Shown: positions 1 through 12,500 of the stretch, piece after piece
How the letters are laid out: each line of letters starts with the position of its first letter
Numbering within the stretch: position 1 is the stretch's first letter
Source: Phoronis australis
Taxonomy: Eukaryota; Animalia; Phoronida
Assembly (NCBI GenBank): GCA_002633005.1
Contig: NMRA01000007.1
Span: 564,700 to 628,699, forward strand
Direction of reading: 5' to 3'
DNA length: 64,000 bases
Position numbers and translations under genes: made by a program
Notes under the pieces: model-generated
The model's database searches: none
Seen by the model: only the letters and a program-made list of their open reading frames with translations
What the model was told of the DNA's origin: nothing

Positions 1-470
1 TGCGAATATGTAGATTTTTCACTGATGATATCTTTTTTCAGTCTCTTCATCCTTATCATGAGCTCTTCGTTTACCTATGTCATTGTCTCATAATATATCT
101 AAAAACTGAATCCTTGTAAAACAGAGAGTTAGTCATTAAGTTAGGGGCATCGTATGCAAATAACCCAATTCTAAGGAATTCACCGAAGACTTGACTCTCG
201 GTATATGTGAAAGCTAAAAATTTGACTTAACGCTAAAGATAAGATGGCAGTAGAAATAAAGGCCAAGCTGTGTTAGCACAAATCCACAAACGCGTTCACA
301 TAGTTGAGTTCCCTTCGGAGACCGTTTCATGAAACCTGCCAAAGGCACCCAGTATTTTTAGATCTCAGACGTTTATGAAACTGAACTCGACACTGAAAGT
401 CAGCCTTTATTATTGGTGTGAAAATGATTGATTGTAATTGCTCTGCTGAGTGTATTGTATATTGTTTCAG

Positions 471-592
471 ATACGCCAAAACCGTTATTTTGTTTCGGAG
501 ATTTCGGACGCAGGTCCGGGGAACGAATTTACAATTTTTTTGGGAAAATGGTCAAGAATCGTTTTGGAAAAGCTGACTTGACATTTGCCGAG
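471..592 (+). CDS. Patatin gene exon (DTPKPLFCFGDFGRRSGERIYNFFGKMVKNRFGKADLTFAE)
   Basis: ttgtttcag acceptor, GAG|gtatga donor, phase 1 to 0. Confidence 0.8.
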
Positions 593-3500
593 GTATGATA
601 GTTCAATGGGATGACATTGAATCGATTGTCTATTAAACAATTTGTACACTTCTACGTCGACGTGTTGAACATGAGTATTTGCTTGCCCGCGTAACACGAT
701 TCATCAGGCTTGGGGTATTGTGACGGAAAAAACATCCTTCGAAAACATAAATGCAGCACGACATGGTATTGTAAGCGATATCTACCACCCCTCTGGTATT
801 AACCAGACGATGAAAATAGCATGTATACAGTAAAAATTTGACTCACAAATTTCGAACATAAATAATTGCTAAAAATTCCTATTTTTGCTTTTCATGGTTT
901 ATTGTGCAGTGTCCACAATTTCTCGATATCTTGATTGAAATTTTCGCTTACAGGTCAATCAGATAGATTGACCCTGCGGAACCAGCGAAGTCAATCAAGT
1001 GCAGCCATCGTCTGATCTAATGGTAGTATGGTGTATAACGTGAACGTAGGAAAGCCTCGATTTGGTGTTACGTGTTGAAAAAATGAAAAAGTAAAATTTC
1101 ATTGGTCAGATAGATTGTGTATTCAGTGAACTGGAGTGGCTTGTAGGTTATTGAATCTTGTTTTAGTTGTACCAACAGTTTGGTAAAGAGCTCTGCATTA
1201 TAGTGACGAACCTTAATTATTTGGACATCGATTATTGTCATCCAAAGACCACGCCAAATTTGCCGATACGACTGGCAGTGCGCATGTCTTTATCTTTGCC
1301 AAGTAAGTAGCGTTTATGCGTTTGATGAAACTTCGAGTTAACGTTGTTATCATGCATGCCAAGATCTCCAGATTTTGCATGTATTTTTTTGCTTAGTTCT
1401 GAATTTCATTTACATATCATTTTGTGTATTATTAAATGGATTGCAAGTGCGACGTTATAACATAATGAACCAGTGGCGGATCTAGGATATCACAAGGGGG
1501 GGCCAACATTTTGTCCGGGCGTGAGCATTTGCGCAAACCACGATTGTAGATGCGCATAGCACCGAATGGGGGGAGGTGGGGAGGGGGTTTTTATCTCTAA
1601 AAATCAAGCATTTTCCTTGATTTCTGAAGTATTATCCAAGAAAAAAGACAAAAAAGAAAAAAAAACACGGGGAACATGTCACACAGGAAAAACTGCGAGT
1701 TCCACAGATTCGAACTCACGACCTGACTGATAGGACGCGCGTCCTTTACCACTACAACACCACGACATCACTACTATCCAAAAACTACTAAGAGACCTAC
1801 TTGTTTATGGTCCACAGCATTTGCGCACGAAACCTACTTCTTTTTGAATGCTTATTACACGTTTTATACTTTGTGCAATCGGTTCTTACCAATTTTTTTG
1901 TATTTAAAATATATAGTCATCAAATGCCCAAAAGACCAAATCCGTTTTTCGTGTTGGCAATAATGACGGGATTGCGTTGGAAATCGTCTTAAGATAAGGT
2001 TTGACAAAGAGAGAATTAATGAGTTTCTGAGTGATTCACTAAGGCTTAGATTAAAATTCACATCTTACCAGCAGCTTCTGTTTTTTCATCGTCACTCAGG
2101 TTCCATTTTCTTTAAAAAATGAAGTAAATTTTCTTCATTGCACAGTGAAGCAGACGACGGAAACGGAGTCGTAGTGCGCAGCACCACTACCGGTCGCCTG
2201 GGATATCGCGGGAGAGCCTACACTTAGCCATAATTCCGTTCCGAATGCGCCGTGTTCCGAATTTGACACTTGAAATTAGATCTGAGCCCCCCCCCCAAAC
2301 ACTAAAACTGCACACATTTAAATCTTTTTTCATCCGTATAATTTTAATTACCTGGGCAAATTAATAAACTCAACATTTCCCTACGCTCTTGCTGTTTTAT
2401 TTTTTTGCGGCAGCCAAGGGGGGGGGCTGCCCCCCCTAAATCCGCCTATGTGAACAGTACAATTAAATTTTCATGCAATTCAAAGCCTTTGTGCTTTGAC
2501 TCTATATGCTTAACTGAAATGAATAAAAATTTGTCCAAGGCACCTGCTGATCATTCTACTATAATGTTTGGAGGGTGTGGCCGTTGACTGACTGCACATT
2601 GGTCACCGGGTCTCAAGAATAATTCTGTGGCTGCAGGTGTTGACAGGCAAAATGCTCTTTCGCCAACCATTAAAGTTCAAGGCATACCCGACTTGTTACC
2701 AATTCTTAAAACATTCTTTCACCGTAGTTTAACTAACATTTTTTAATGTGCGAAACAGGCAAATTGATCATCGCAGACTTCGCCATCTTCCCGTGTATAC
2801 GCTCTGAGTTGGCTGGACTTGTTTGTTACTGGTTTTTCGAGTACTACCGATTGATATGTGTTGAAAAAATAAGCTCTTATACATGTACATACTTTATCGT
2901 AATCTATTTTGCCCGGGGTACGCCACGAGCTATGTTGCAGTGTAAAACAAGAGGAAGATTGTGAATATTGTCATTTATTATGACGTAAATAGATAAAACG
3001 CAAAGAAAAAATGAAGAGAACGAACGTAGGTCCTGCAGACGACGAGGTAGGTGGCTGAATGAGAGACCACGTTGAACTGAACAAAGGAAATATGGGCGAT
3101 CAATCAGGAGTCGCGTAGAGAAACGTATGAATACAAAAGTAGGCCCTAGAGGCTATAAATAGAGATGAGTAATGCAAAATAAACCCTAAGCACTAGTATC
3201 AAAATAAAGAGACAAGTGTCAAAATAATGACGATAAATGCATTTAACAAGTTAAATTAAATTTATGGTTGAAAGAGAGTGGTTCACTTCCATGTGCCCGG
3301 CATTAGCCGCAACGTACTGAGACAAGTGAACAAGTTTGCAAAGAGGTACTGAACTGGAATTTTCATTGTACAACGATGCTTGCCTTCCGTAGTCTTTTTT
3401 ATGACACCGAAATTACGGGTGCACTTCAGAGACACGGCCTCGGCTAAGTATTGCTCCGGTACCCAGTAACGCGCGAAGTGTTTTCTTTGCCATTAGCGAG

Positions 3501-6500
3501 AGGAGGATATATTACGGGGTGAATAGGAAAAGCGAAGTGGAACCCATATCAACAAAATACTAAAAAAATGTATAAACTTTTTTAATGTTTACCAGGCAGC
3601 ACTTACACTGAATTCGAGGGGTCGGGTACTGTATACTGCCAGTGCGATGCCCCTCAGATTCGCTCACGGACAGATTCGCTGCAGACAGGCGCATTTGACA
3701 GTCAGCGAAATCTTCAAGCCCTCTATTTTTGTACTGGATCTTGTAATTAGTGATTTTTAGGGATTTTATCAAATTAATTAATGAGCAATTTGCAGGGTGT
3801 ACAATACATATCATGTAAAATAATTATGTTACGGCGAAAACCTGTGACGAATGTTTAATTTTCATGAAAGTTCCCGATGTAATACTTACATCAGTTTTGG
3901 CCATAATAGAATCAAAAACGGACAATCGCCGCACAATAAGTGAAAAAGTTTACAATAATTCGCCGTTCCATTCAAGACCAGCATGCTGCTGGTTTTCTGA
4001 ATAACATGCAGAGCTCGGTGACCTTACAGCTATGGTGATGACCTTTTTACTATTTCCTGTTATTGTTGTAGCACTCATTTCACATCACGGATGTAACCTA
4101 ACTCGTATGTCGACACTTGATGTCTGATTGTTTGTATCCTGATGATGTCTAATGAATAGACGAAACGTCGATTAATAGGAACTTTTTTATTTGTGCGGTG
4201 ATTGTCCGTTTTTTGATTCTTTATAATAACTGGCTTACTTTTANAGAGAAAGTGGAACCGACACCCGGGATGGGGGGGTGGGAAAAAATGAAGAGAACGA
4301 ACGTAGGTCTTGTAGACGACGAGGTAGGTGGCTGAATGAGAAACCACGTTGAACTGAACAAAGGAAATATGGGCGACCAATCAGGAGTCGCGTAGAGAAA
4401 CGTATGAATACAAAAGTAGGCCCTTGAGGCTATAAATAGAGATGAGTAATGCAAAATAAACCCTAAGGACTGGTCTCAAAATAAAGAGACAAGTGTCAAA
4501 ATAATGACGATAAATGCATTTAACAAATTAAATTTAATTTATGGTTGAAAGAGAGTGGTTCACTTCCATGTGCCCGGCATTAGGCGCAACATACTGAGAC
4601 AAGTGAACAAGTTTGCAAAGAGGTACTGAACTGGAATTTTCATTGTACAACGATGCTTGCCTTCCGTAGTCTTTTTTATGACACCGAAATTACGGGTGCA
4701 CTTCAGAGACACGGCCTCGGCTAAGTATTGCTCCGGTACCCAGTGACGCGCGAAGTGTTTTCTTTGCCATTAGCGAGAGGAGGATATATTACGGGGTGAA
4801 TAAGAAAAGCGAAGTGGAATCCATATCAACAAAATACTAAAAAATGTATAACCTTTTTTAATGTTTACCAGGCAGCACTTACACTGAATTCGAGGGGTCG
4901 GGTACTGTATATTGCCACATTGTATATTGACCTTACAGCTATGGTGATGACCTTTTTACTATTTCCTGTTATTGTTGTAGCACTCATTTCACATCACGGA
5001 TGTAACCTAACTCGTATGTCGACACTTGATGTCTGATTGTTTGTATCCTGATGATGTCTAATGAATAGACGAAACGTCGATTAATAGGAACTTTTTTATT
5101 TGTGCGGTGATTGTCCGTTTTTTGATTCTTTATAATAACTGGCTTACTTTTAATCGCGCGATATCTTTCTCACAAAGGTTGACTTTTCATCGTGGCGACT
5201 CTCTAGAAGGGTGTGTATCAATTTTCAGCGGTTGAGTGATTCCCAATCAGGAAGTTATTACCTGATAGTATCTCTATCCAAAGGAGGTAGCCGAGTATGA
5301 AAAACGTTTTTTCTAGCTTTCAATAGGCAGACATCGGCAACAGTTGTGGATATTATTGCCGCGCCCCAGGGACGCGCTTGTATTGTGAAATAATACTATT
5401 GTCGGCATAACCAGTAACGACATTTATAATCAGATGTGTTATCAACTGAATTACACATGCGCGTTGTCACCTTTACTATAAAATTATCACATGACTTCGA
5501 AAATAGTTACATACCATGGGCGGCGCAGCACTGAAAAAGATGGGGGGCTATAGCTCCCCAGCCCCCTATAGTGCCCCGCCCATGAAACCAAAAGCGTGTT
5601 AACAAAGGTAGTATTATTTTTAAGGGGTCCACGAAACGTAATCACACGTTTGAGTCAACGCTACCTTGTTCTGCAGTCGGTGAACATAGCCTTTCCTTGA
5701 TGCCTTAACTGGCGCAGCTGGTGATGGTATCGAGAGAATATTAGTAAAGCGGTCATGAAATACATCTCAAGGTTCGTCCGTGACATGAAACCTAGCTCGC
5801 TGCACTGTCCAAATTCATTCATTATTGCCCATGGAAATTCTTTAAGCGCATTTTATGTGCCAAATGTCCAAGTTATTCGATTATACGACTTCATTCAACT
5901 ACATGGCAAATCTTGATCGACCATTTTCAGGCCTTTGAGTTTTCGATGCTTTTGCCGAGAGAATGGTGCGTCTCAAATTTTTATTTATCCTCGAACAACT
6001 GGGTTAACGGCTACCCGTAAATAAACTTTACATAAAAATGAAATTGTTTTCAAAAGAGATTTTGATTGCTGACATTTCCGTTGTTTAAGGGCAAATAGAA
6101 CTTTTTTTACAAATCGTTGATGCATCACTGGCCGAGAAAGTCCTATTTTTTGTTTGGCGTACGCGCGTGCAAACTTTCAATTCACCGTCGAGGATATTAT
6201 TCAGATATAAGTTGAACAAAAGTTACATGTAAGTAAATATCCAGTAAAATTGTTCGTTTGAATGCATTCAACAAAATTTATAAAATGAAGCTATCGTAAA
6301 CAAGCTGCTACCCTGCTCACGTCCACAAAGAGAGCGTCTCAAATGCAGCCACCAAAACAGTTCACGCGCAAAATGTTATTCCAAAAACTGAACTTCCGCT
6401 GCGTAGTAATGGTATTTCACACAGTTTGCCGAAAACCCGTAAAGCAGTAGTTTCTTTGCGACATTAACTAACATCAAAACAAAATTGTTTCAATTAAAAG

Positions 6501-9500
6501 ATCATTCAATTAGAAAAGTATTGAGACTTTCTTGTTTTGGAAATAAAATTAAATTTCGTAATGACGTCATTACTGAACAATGGGCCAACCCAAGTGTAAA
6601 AAACTGTTAAGAAACCTCTAGTCTTATGTTGTTCGCATAAATTAAACTTTTTTCATGATCCCAACAACATGATATAATCGCCATTTTGTTAAATGCGACG
6701 GGTAATCGTAATATTTAAAGTGGCCTCTATTTGAGGTCAAATTTCGTATTCTTATATGATGAATTAAAATCCATAAAAACGAAGTAGGGGACTGCCTAAT
6801 TATTTTTAATTCATATTTTTATAGGAAACATGATTGATATCAAAATAATTGTGACTTGTTGTAAGGAAGTCAAAGCGCCAAAATTTGAAATACTTAAAAA
6901 TCCAGAAAAAACGACAAATTTAGTAAACGGCTTGCCATACCAAATAAGGATACGTGCTTTGTCGTGTGGTAGAAAAATCGACTGAGTAACGAGCAGTGGA
7001 CAGATCATTTTGAAATTTAAATCTAAAGAAAATGCTTTGACATCAACAGAAATTCAAAACCTTTTCAAACAAACAGCAAAAATACCTGGGCTGAGTTGCA
7101 TAAAGTTTCAAAAGATATCCGCTGGACAAGTTTGATTGTTGCATGACGTCAAGTGCATTGTTCAACAATAACATCGTGACTCGTGACAATGCGACGTCAT
7201 TGTTGCTATACGGCGTATAACTTTTATGCAACTGGGCCCTGGTGAACAGTTTGACCTCTGCTTCAGCGGTTTAGAACCACACAAAATCAGAATGAGATTC
7301 CTTTGTTCAGAGTATGGCAATTGCCTTTGTTTACTATTGAGCAAAAGATAGACCCTGGCGTTACCAGAAATCAATAGGGTCCCGCAACACATATTCGCCT
7401 TCACTGACTTAAAGTTTGGTGGGGATTCGTGACATATTTTTCACTTATTTCGAGGAAATGGTTTTGGAGATCGAAACAGAGATGGAAACACCCATTGTAA
7501 CCCGTTGGTGCTTCTGGCTAATCCAATGCTAAGCCGTCTTGTGTGAGCCACCGACTAATTAATAACTGAGTGCTATGCTTTGGAAATTTGATACAATGAT
7601 TTACTCGCTAAACGCATTGCACGGATTGCGCGCATCTTTTCCGAGTGTCAATCGTTTGCATGGCATGTTTATTCCTACATGTATTTTTCAGTTGAGTTTT
7701 CCGTCATCCGTCATGGACAACTGAGCGGGCCGAAGGATTTATACACAGATGGAGGTTTACTGTGTAATTTTCCTATACACTGTTTTGACGGTGAGCACTG
7801 TGTGTTTTATCGACAATGGTAACTTACAGGGGTCCAGGATTTCGAGAACCAGTTTTTCTGTCACTGTTGTTTGATGACGTTACTTTGGAGGGCTTCTACG
7901 GGATAGAAGGAATATCTTCTCTTTTTTGACTTTTTAAAAGTTTTATTATTCAGTCATACTGAATGTATCTAGCGTTTGATTTCAACTGTAAACAGATCAT
8001 TTATGTCATCGACGGCAACAAGAATGATTAAAACTTTCCACATAAGGCTATTTAACACCAACTGTTGGTGATCTCTCAGGTCCTTTATCAGTAAAATCAA
8101 TGATTTTCTTGACAAAGAAATTAATTTGAAAATCAGTCGTTTTCACGGCTTTCATGTTTGTGTTGGGTTTTCGCTATACCAAGATCAACTACACTTCCTG
8201 TTTTCTTGTATTTTGCCAACCTCTCGCTTAATTTCATATGGAAAATTGTTGTGTTTTGGTTGCAGGATGGTTCTTGTCCATGAAACCAGAGGATAACTTT
8301 TTCTCAAAACTGAAGCCGGGTGCGAATTTTGAGGATAAATTTAGAGGAGTTAACTGGAAAACAATAGGATGCTTACTTGTAAGTATGGTCAAGTGCTGAT
8401 CCATAACCTCAAGAAGAGTGTTTCGACAATAGGCAAACATAAGGGGTGCTACAGATTCCTCCACAGCAACAATAAAAAGGTCACCAAGCGGGGTACCTTT
8501 TCGCAGATGTAAAATGCTCGAAAAATGAAAATCGTGCATGACTGCACAAAATCACGAAAGGCGTGTGTTACGTGAGTATGATCGCGATTTTTCTAACGTG
8601 CCTTGGCGAAATAGTAGTGACTACAGTGACAGGTCGGTAAAGGGCCGTCTTAACAGTTCCATAGGTGCCCGTCTGAGCAGTGCACTGAGACCCCTTGGCA
8701 ACAAAACTACACATTGAACTCTCGAGCAAGTCTTAGTCAAATCTGTAAATAATTAATGCACACTTTTTCAATTTAACAAAAAATAAAACAACGTTTTTGA
8801 CATTTGAATGGAGCTTCAAGTTTTGGATGACCAACATTCAACCGAGTTCATGGCTCATTTCAGTCGTCGCACACACATCAGTCTTGTTTTTTGTGATAAA
8901 ATCACGATTTTGTCAGTCTTAATCAATAAGTTGGGTTTGTCCCTCGTTAATGGGGCATGGAACGCGAAAGCTCATCAAAAATATCTATCAAACAATTCCT
9001 GACGAAAGTACCGTCTCGCAACGTCTAGTACAGAGTTATTATCTTTTCCCTGTTGGGAAATTTTTAGAAAAATCACAAAATTCACGATCTTTGAAACACC
9101 CGAAGGAAAAACTCTGTGGTTACCACAGAGTTTCTAATCTCCCTCCCACTTATGATAGATGTGAGCATGCGCTCACAGTCAGTTGCCTGAAGTCGCTTGA
9201 GGTCAAAGGTCACATTTTCCTGTAAGGGAAAGGTGCTACGTCTAGATCTTGCCATGTCAAATAATGATACGTGCTTTGCCTTGTGGGAGAAAAATCAACG
9301 AAACGGTGAGCTGTTGACAGATCATTATTTCTGAAGTTGGAAACTAAAAGAAAATGCTTTGATATAAACAGAAAGAAAGTACATGGGGAGCAGACTGAAT
9401 TCTCTTTCAGTGACAGAGAACCACTTTTAAAGTTGCAATTTAGTCTGTTTAACGCGTTCCATGCCCCTTTACAGCTTTACATTTTGATCCAAAATTTTTC

Positions 9501-12500
9501 AAAAAGCTAAATCGATGGCCATAAAATTCGCGAACATGCAAGAAATTTCACTTGGAATTGTACTGAATTTGAACTTTGCAAACAGTTTGTACAACATCAA
9601 CGGGACTGAGCTCACATCGTATAAATGTCGCGTGACTTTGAAACGATACTACCGAATCTATGGTCTCCAGTTATGCCGTCATTTAGTTTCATTTTTCGTC
9701 AATCCTCTACAAAGCTGTTACGGATTATTCTCCTAACCCACAAAAAATGAGAAGGCTTCGAGTCAGGTTCGAGACGACTTTGCAACACTTCTGAGAAGAA
9801 AGTTTTGGCCGAAAAAAATTAACATGTCCAGTACGAGTCCGGTGCCAAGCAATTCTCTTGAGGACGATCCTTTACGAACGTTTCAAGTGATGTTAAATCC
9901 CTCTCATATAAATTTGTTTGCAATATGCCGTCAACGGGCGCCAGTCAGTGAAAGAAAGGATTTGTAGCACCAATCCTCATACCATTGTACCCATTCATGT
10001 GTTTTCTCCCCAATCGAGAGCTCTAGCATTAAATTTCTGAAATTACCCATCTGTTCAATACAGGGAAAACAATTCTGAATTCATGGGGAATTGGGCACAG
10101 ACGGCAATTCCCCCCCGGGCTCTCCCTCGACTCCCTCTGCAAGAGAGGCCGAATCCGAGAGAGAGAGAGAAAGGTCAGTGATAGATCGATTCCATCATTG
10201 GGCCTCTGTTAGAGACACGGAAAGAAATGATGTATGGAGTCATAAAACTAAGATATAGCGATTTCTCGTGTTCCTAGTGTTTCTTCAAAAAATAGTATAG
10301 GTATTGTTAAAGTCAATGTTTTGTACTTTTCAAGCTCTCGGTAGAATATTTTCACTGGAAAACTTTGCCGAATTCTCAGATTTGTTCATTAAAACCGAAA
10401 TGGTTGATTTTTAAATTCAAGGTTGTTTTTTCGCGCCATTTACAGGAACATTTATTGCACATTTCGAAACCTTTTGGTTGACAAATATATACAGGTGGGA
10501 TATTGATCTACTTGCACTTCTTCTACGTATTCAACGTCAACTCAGTGTGAGAAGAGGGTCAGGCAGGTATTAAATGTCTTTCATTCAAAATACAGAATGC
10601 AACGTTGCTACACTTAGAAAATGATAAAAATACTATTTGGTAATATCTGATCTAGGGACACACTGGACGCATTTTGTGCTGAAAAACCTTTTAATAATGA
10701 GCCACACAGATTTGCTGCTGAAGCGAACAAACTGTTCTTAATCTTCTTTAAAATGTTGTTACTATAGATGCATTGGTAAGAGTGTCCGGTATCAGACAAA
10801 TTTTCTTTGGTCACATCTGACCTATACTGGTGCAACGAAGCGACGACATTAATTTTTTGTTATCATCTGAATACACTAACCTGAAATATGCAAAAAAGCG
10901 TGAAAGTAACAACGAAAGCGATATTGTACCCGACGGCGAGAGGATGTTGTCGACTATTCGTAAAGATGGGCTCTAACTAGGACTCGTGTCATGAAGATTA
11001 TTTTTTTCCCAAAACCGTCATAACCTGTATACAATATTTTCATTTAGAATAAGTACGTTGATGAAACGGTCTCTAGACAAGACGAAACAAACAAGTTTGG
11101 TCAAAAAATTTTATTGAATCCAACAACTATAATAAGGCTTTTATTCAATTTGTAACGAGTGTTTCCAACGTTTATTTGATTCACACCTTGTTTTAGGCCG
11201 CTGTGCCTAAAATCTTGAGAACGTAATGAAGTAAACTACCTTGGTGAGACCGGTGGATCGGTTAATCAAATTGCGGGCTCAGCACGCAGGAAAATTTTGT
11301 TACCACTCCGCTCCATAATAGGTATTTAGTTTCAAATCGGTAATCACTTTTCTGAGATTGTCTTTGCCCAAGTTAAGTCCAGTCCACACGTTGCAATCGT
11401 CGTATACGACCGTCATACGACCGCAATAACACAAAAGCAGCGATGTCGTTACGAGGCTGGTAACGTACCTGAATTATTTGTCATGTCCTACATCACATAC
11501 CGGCTGTTTTGAAAGCAATAAAAAGTATAGTAAACGTTTACTAACAGTTGAACATAGAGCAAGGCGCAGGCGAGGACCCTGCACCCAATGCCCACGCGAA
11601 CTGAATGCGGGCCGCTGAGTTGTGCTTGGCCACAAGCCGTTCCGAAACTTGCCTTGACCGGAAGAGCAACACTGCCCTCCGCCTTGGTCCATATAACGCA
11701 ACAATGACCTTGGGTTCTGTTCATATCGACCCAATAGCAAAAACTTGGTTGATCATGGGGCCCTGTGTTCGTGGGGTCTCCAGGCAAATGTTCAGTGGGA
11801 CCATACATTAAGACGGCCCAGGGTCGGTGAGGTTGGAACGGTGAATTATGGGATAGATTTTACTGGTTCTGTTCCAAAAACTAAGATTTCTCGCTCCAAG
11901 TGCATCGTGAATGCTCTGCTTCCACGAAGGTACCCCAGGAGGTCCGGTGCCCCAGACTCTCCCATCCGGGTCCAAGATGGGGATACATCTATCGCACGCC
12001 TGGGCTTGTTACATAAAAGGTCTACAGAATCCCTTATAAATTTCCATCAGGCACAAGTGCATGAACTTGTAAAGACATTTCATTAAATATCATTTTGTCC
12101 TAAATTTTGGAAACCTTTGTTTTGCCAACTTAGAGTACGGACTGAGTTTCGTCAGTCGAAGGGTGAACGTTAAATAACAACTTTGTTTTGGCGGATTAAG
12201 GTGAGCCCATCGCCAAGAAGTAAAACGCCGTTTTGGAGGTCTACGCAGAATTTTCCCTCGGAATTAGTGGGTGGGCACCCCTTTACTGCCCTATGGGGCA
12301 TCCTACATGTATATCTGCCAATGCATTTTATACCTGCAGCCCTTTATGCAAACGGACAACTGAGGATTAAAATACGCATGACATTCTTGAAAACTCTGGC
12401 ACAAAGCCAAAGCGAAGTTGTGAATATTGAAAAGGCATGTAATTCCTTACGCTTGGTTGACCTTCCAAATTAACCATTATTTCCGGTTAGCCGAATTTGG

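Larger units (their letters stand above)
3006..5152. repeat. Near-identical direct duplication (about 3006-4243 vs 4283-5152) across single N at 4244; probable allelic assembly overlap
   Basis: Copies differ by scattered SNPs and one ~380-bp indel; the junction is an N. Confidence 0.85.

Noticed and set aside
10064-10173. Exon-like segment (cag|GGAAAAC...AAAG|gtcagt) in a patatin intron
   Set aside because: The required phase-0 frame hits TGA at once, and the flanking exons already join in frame.
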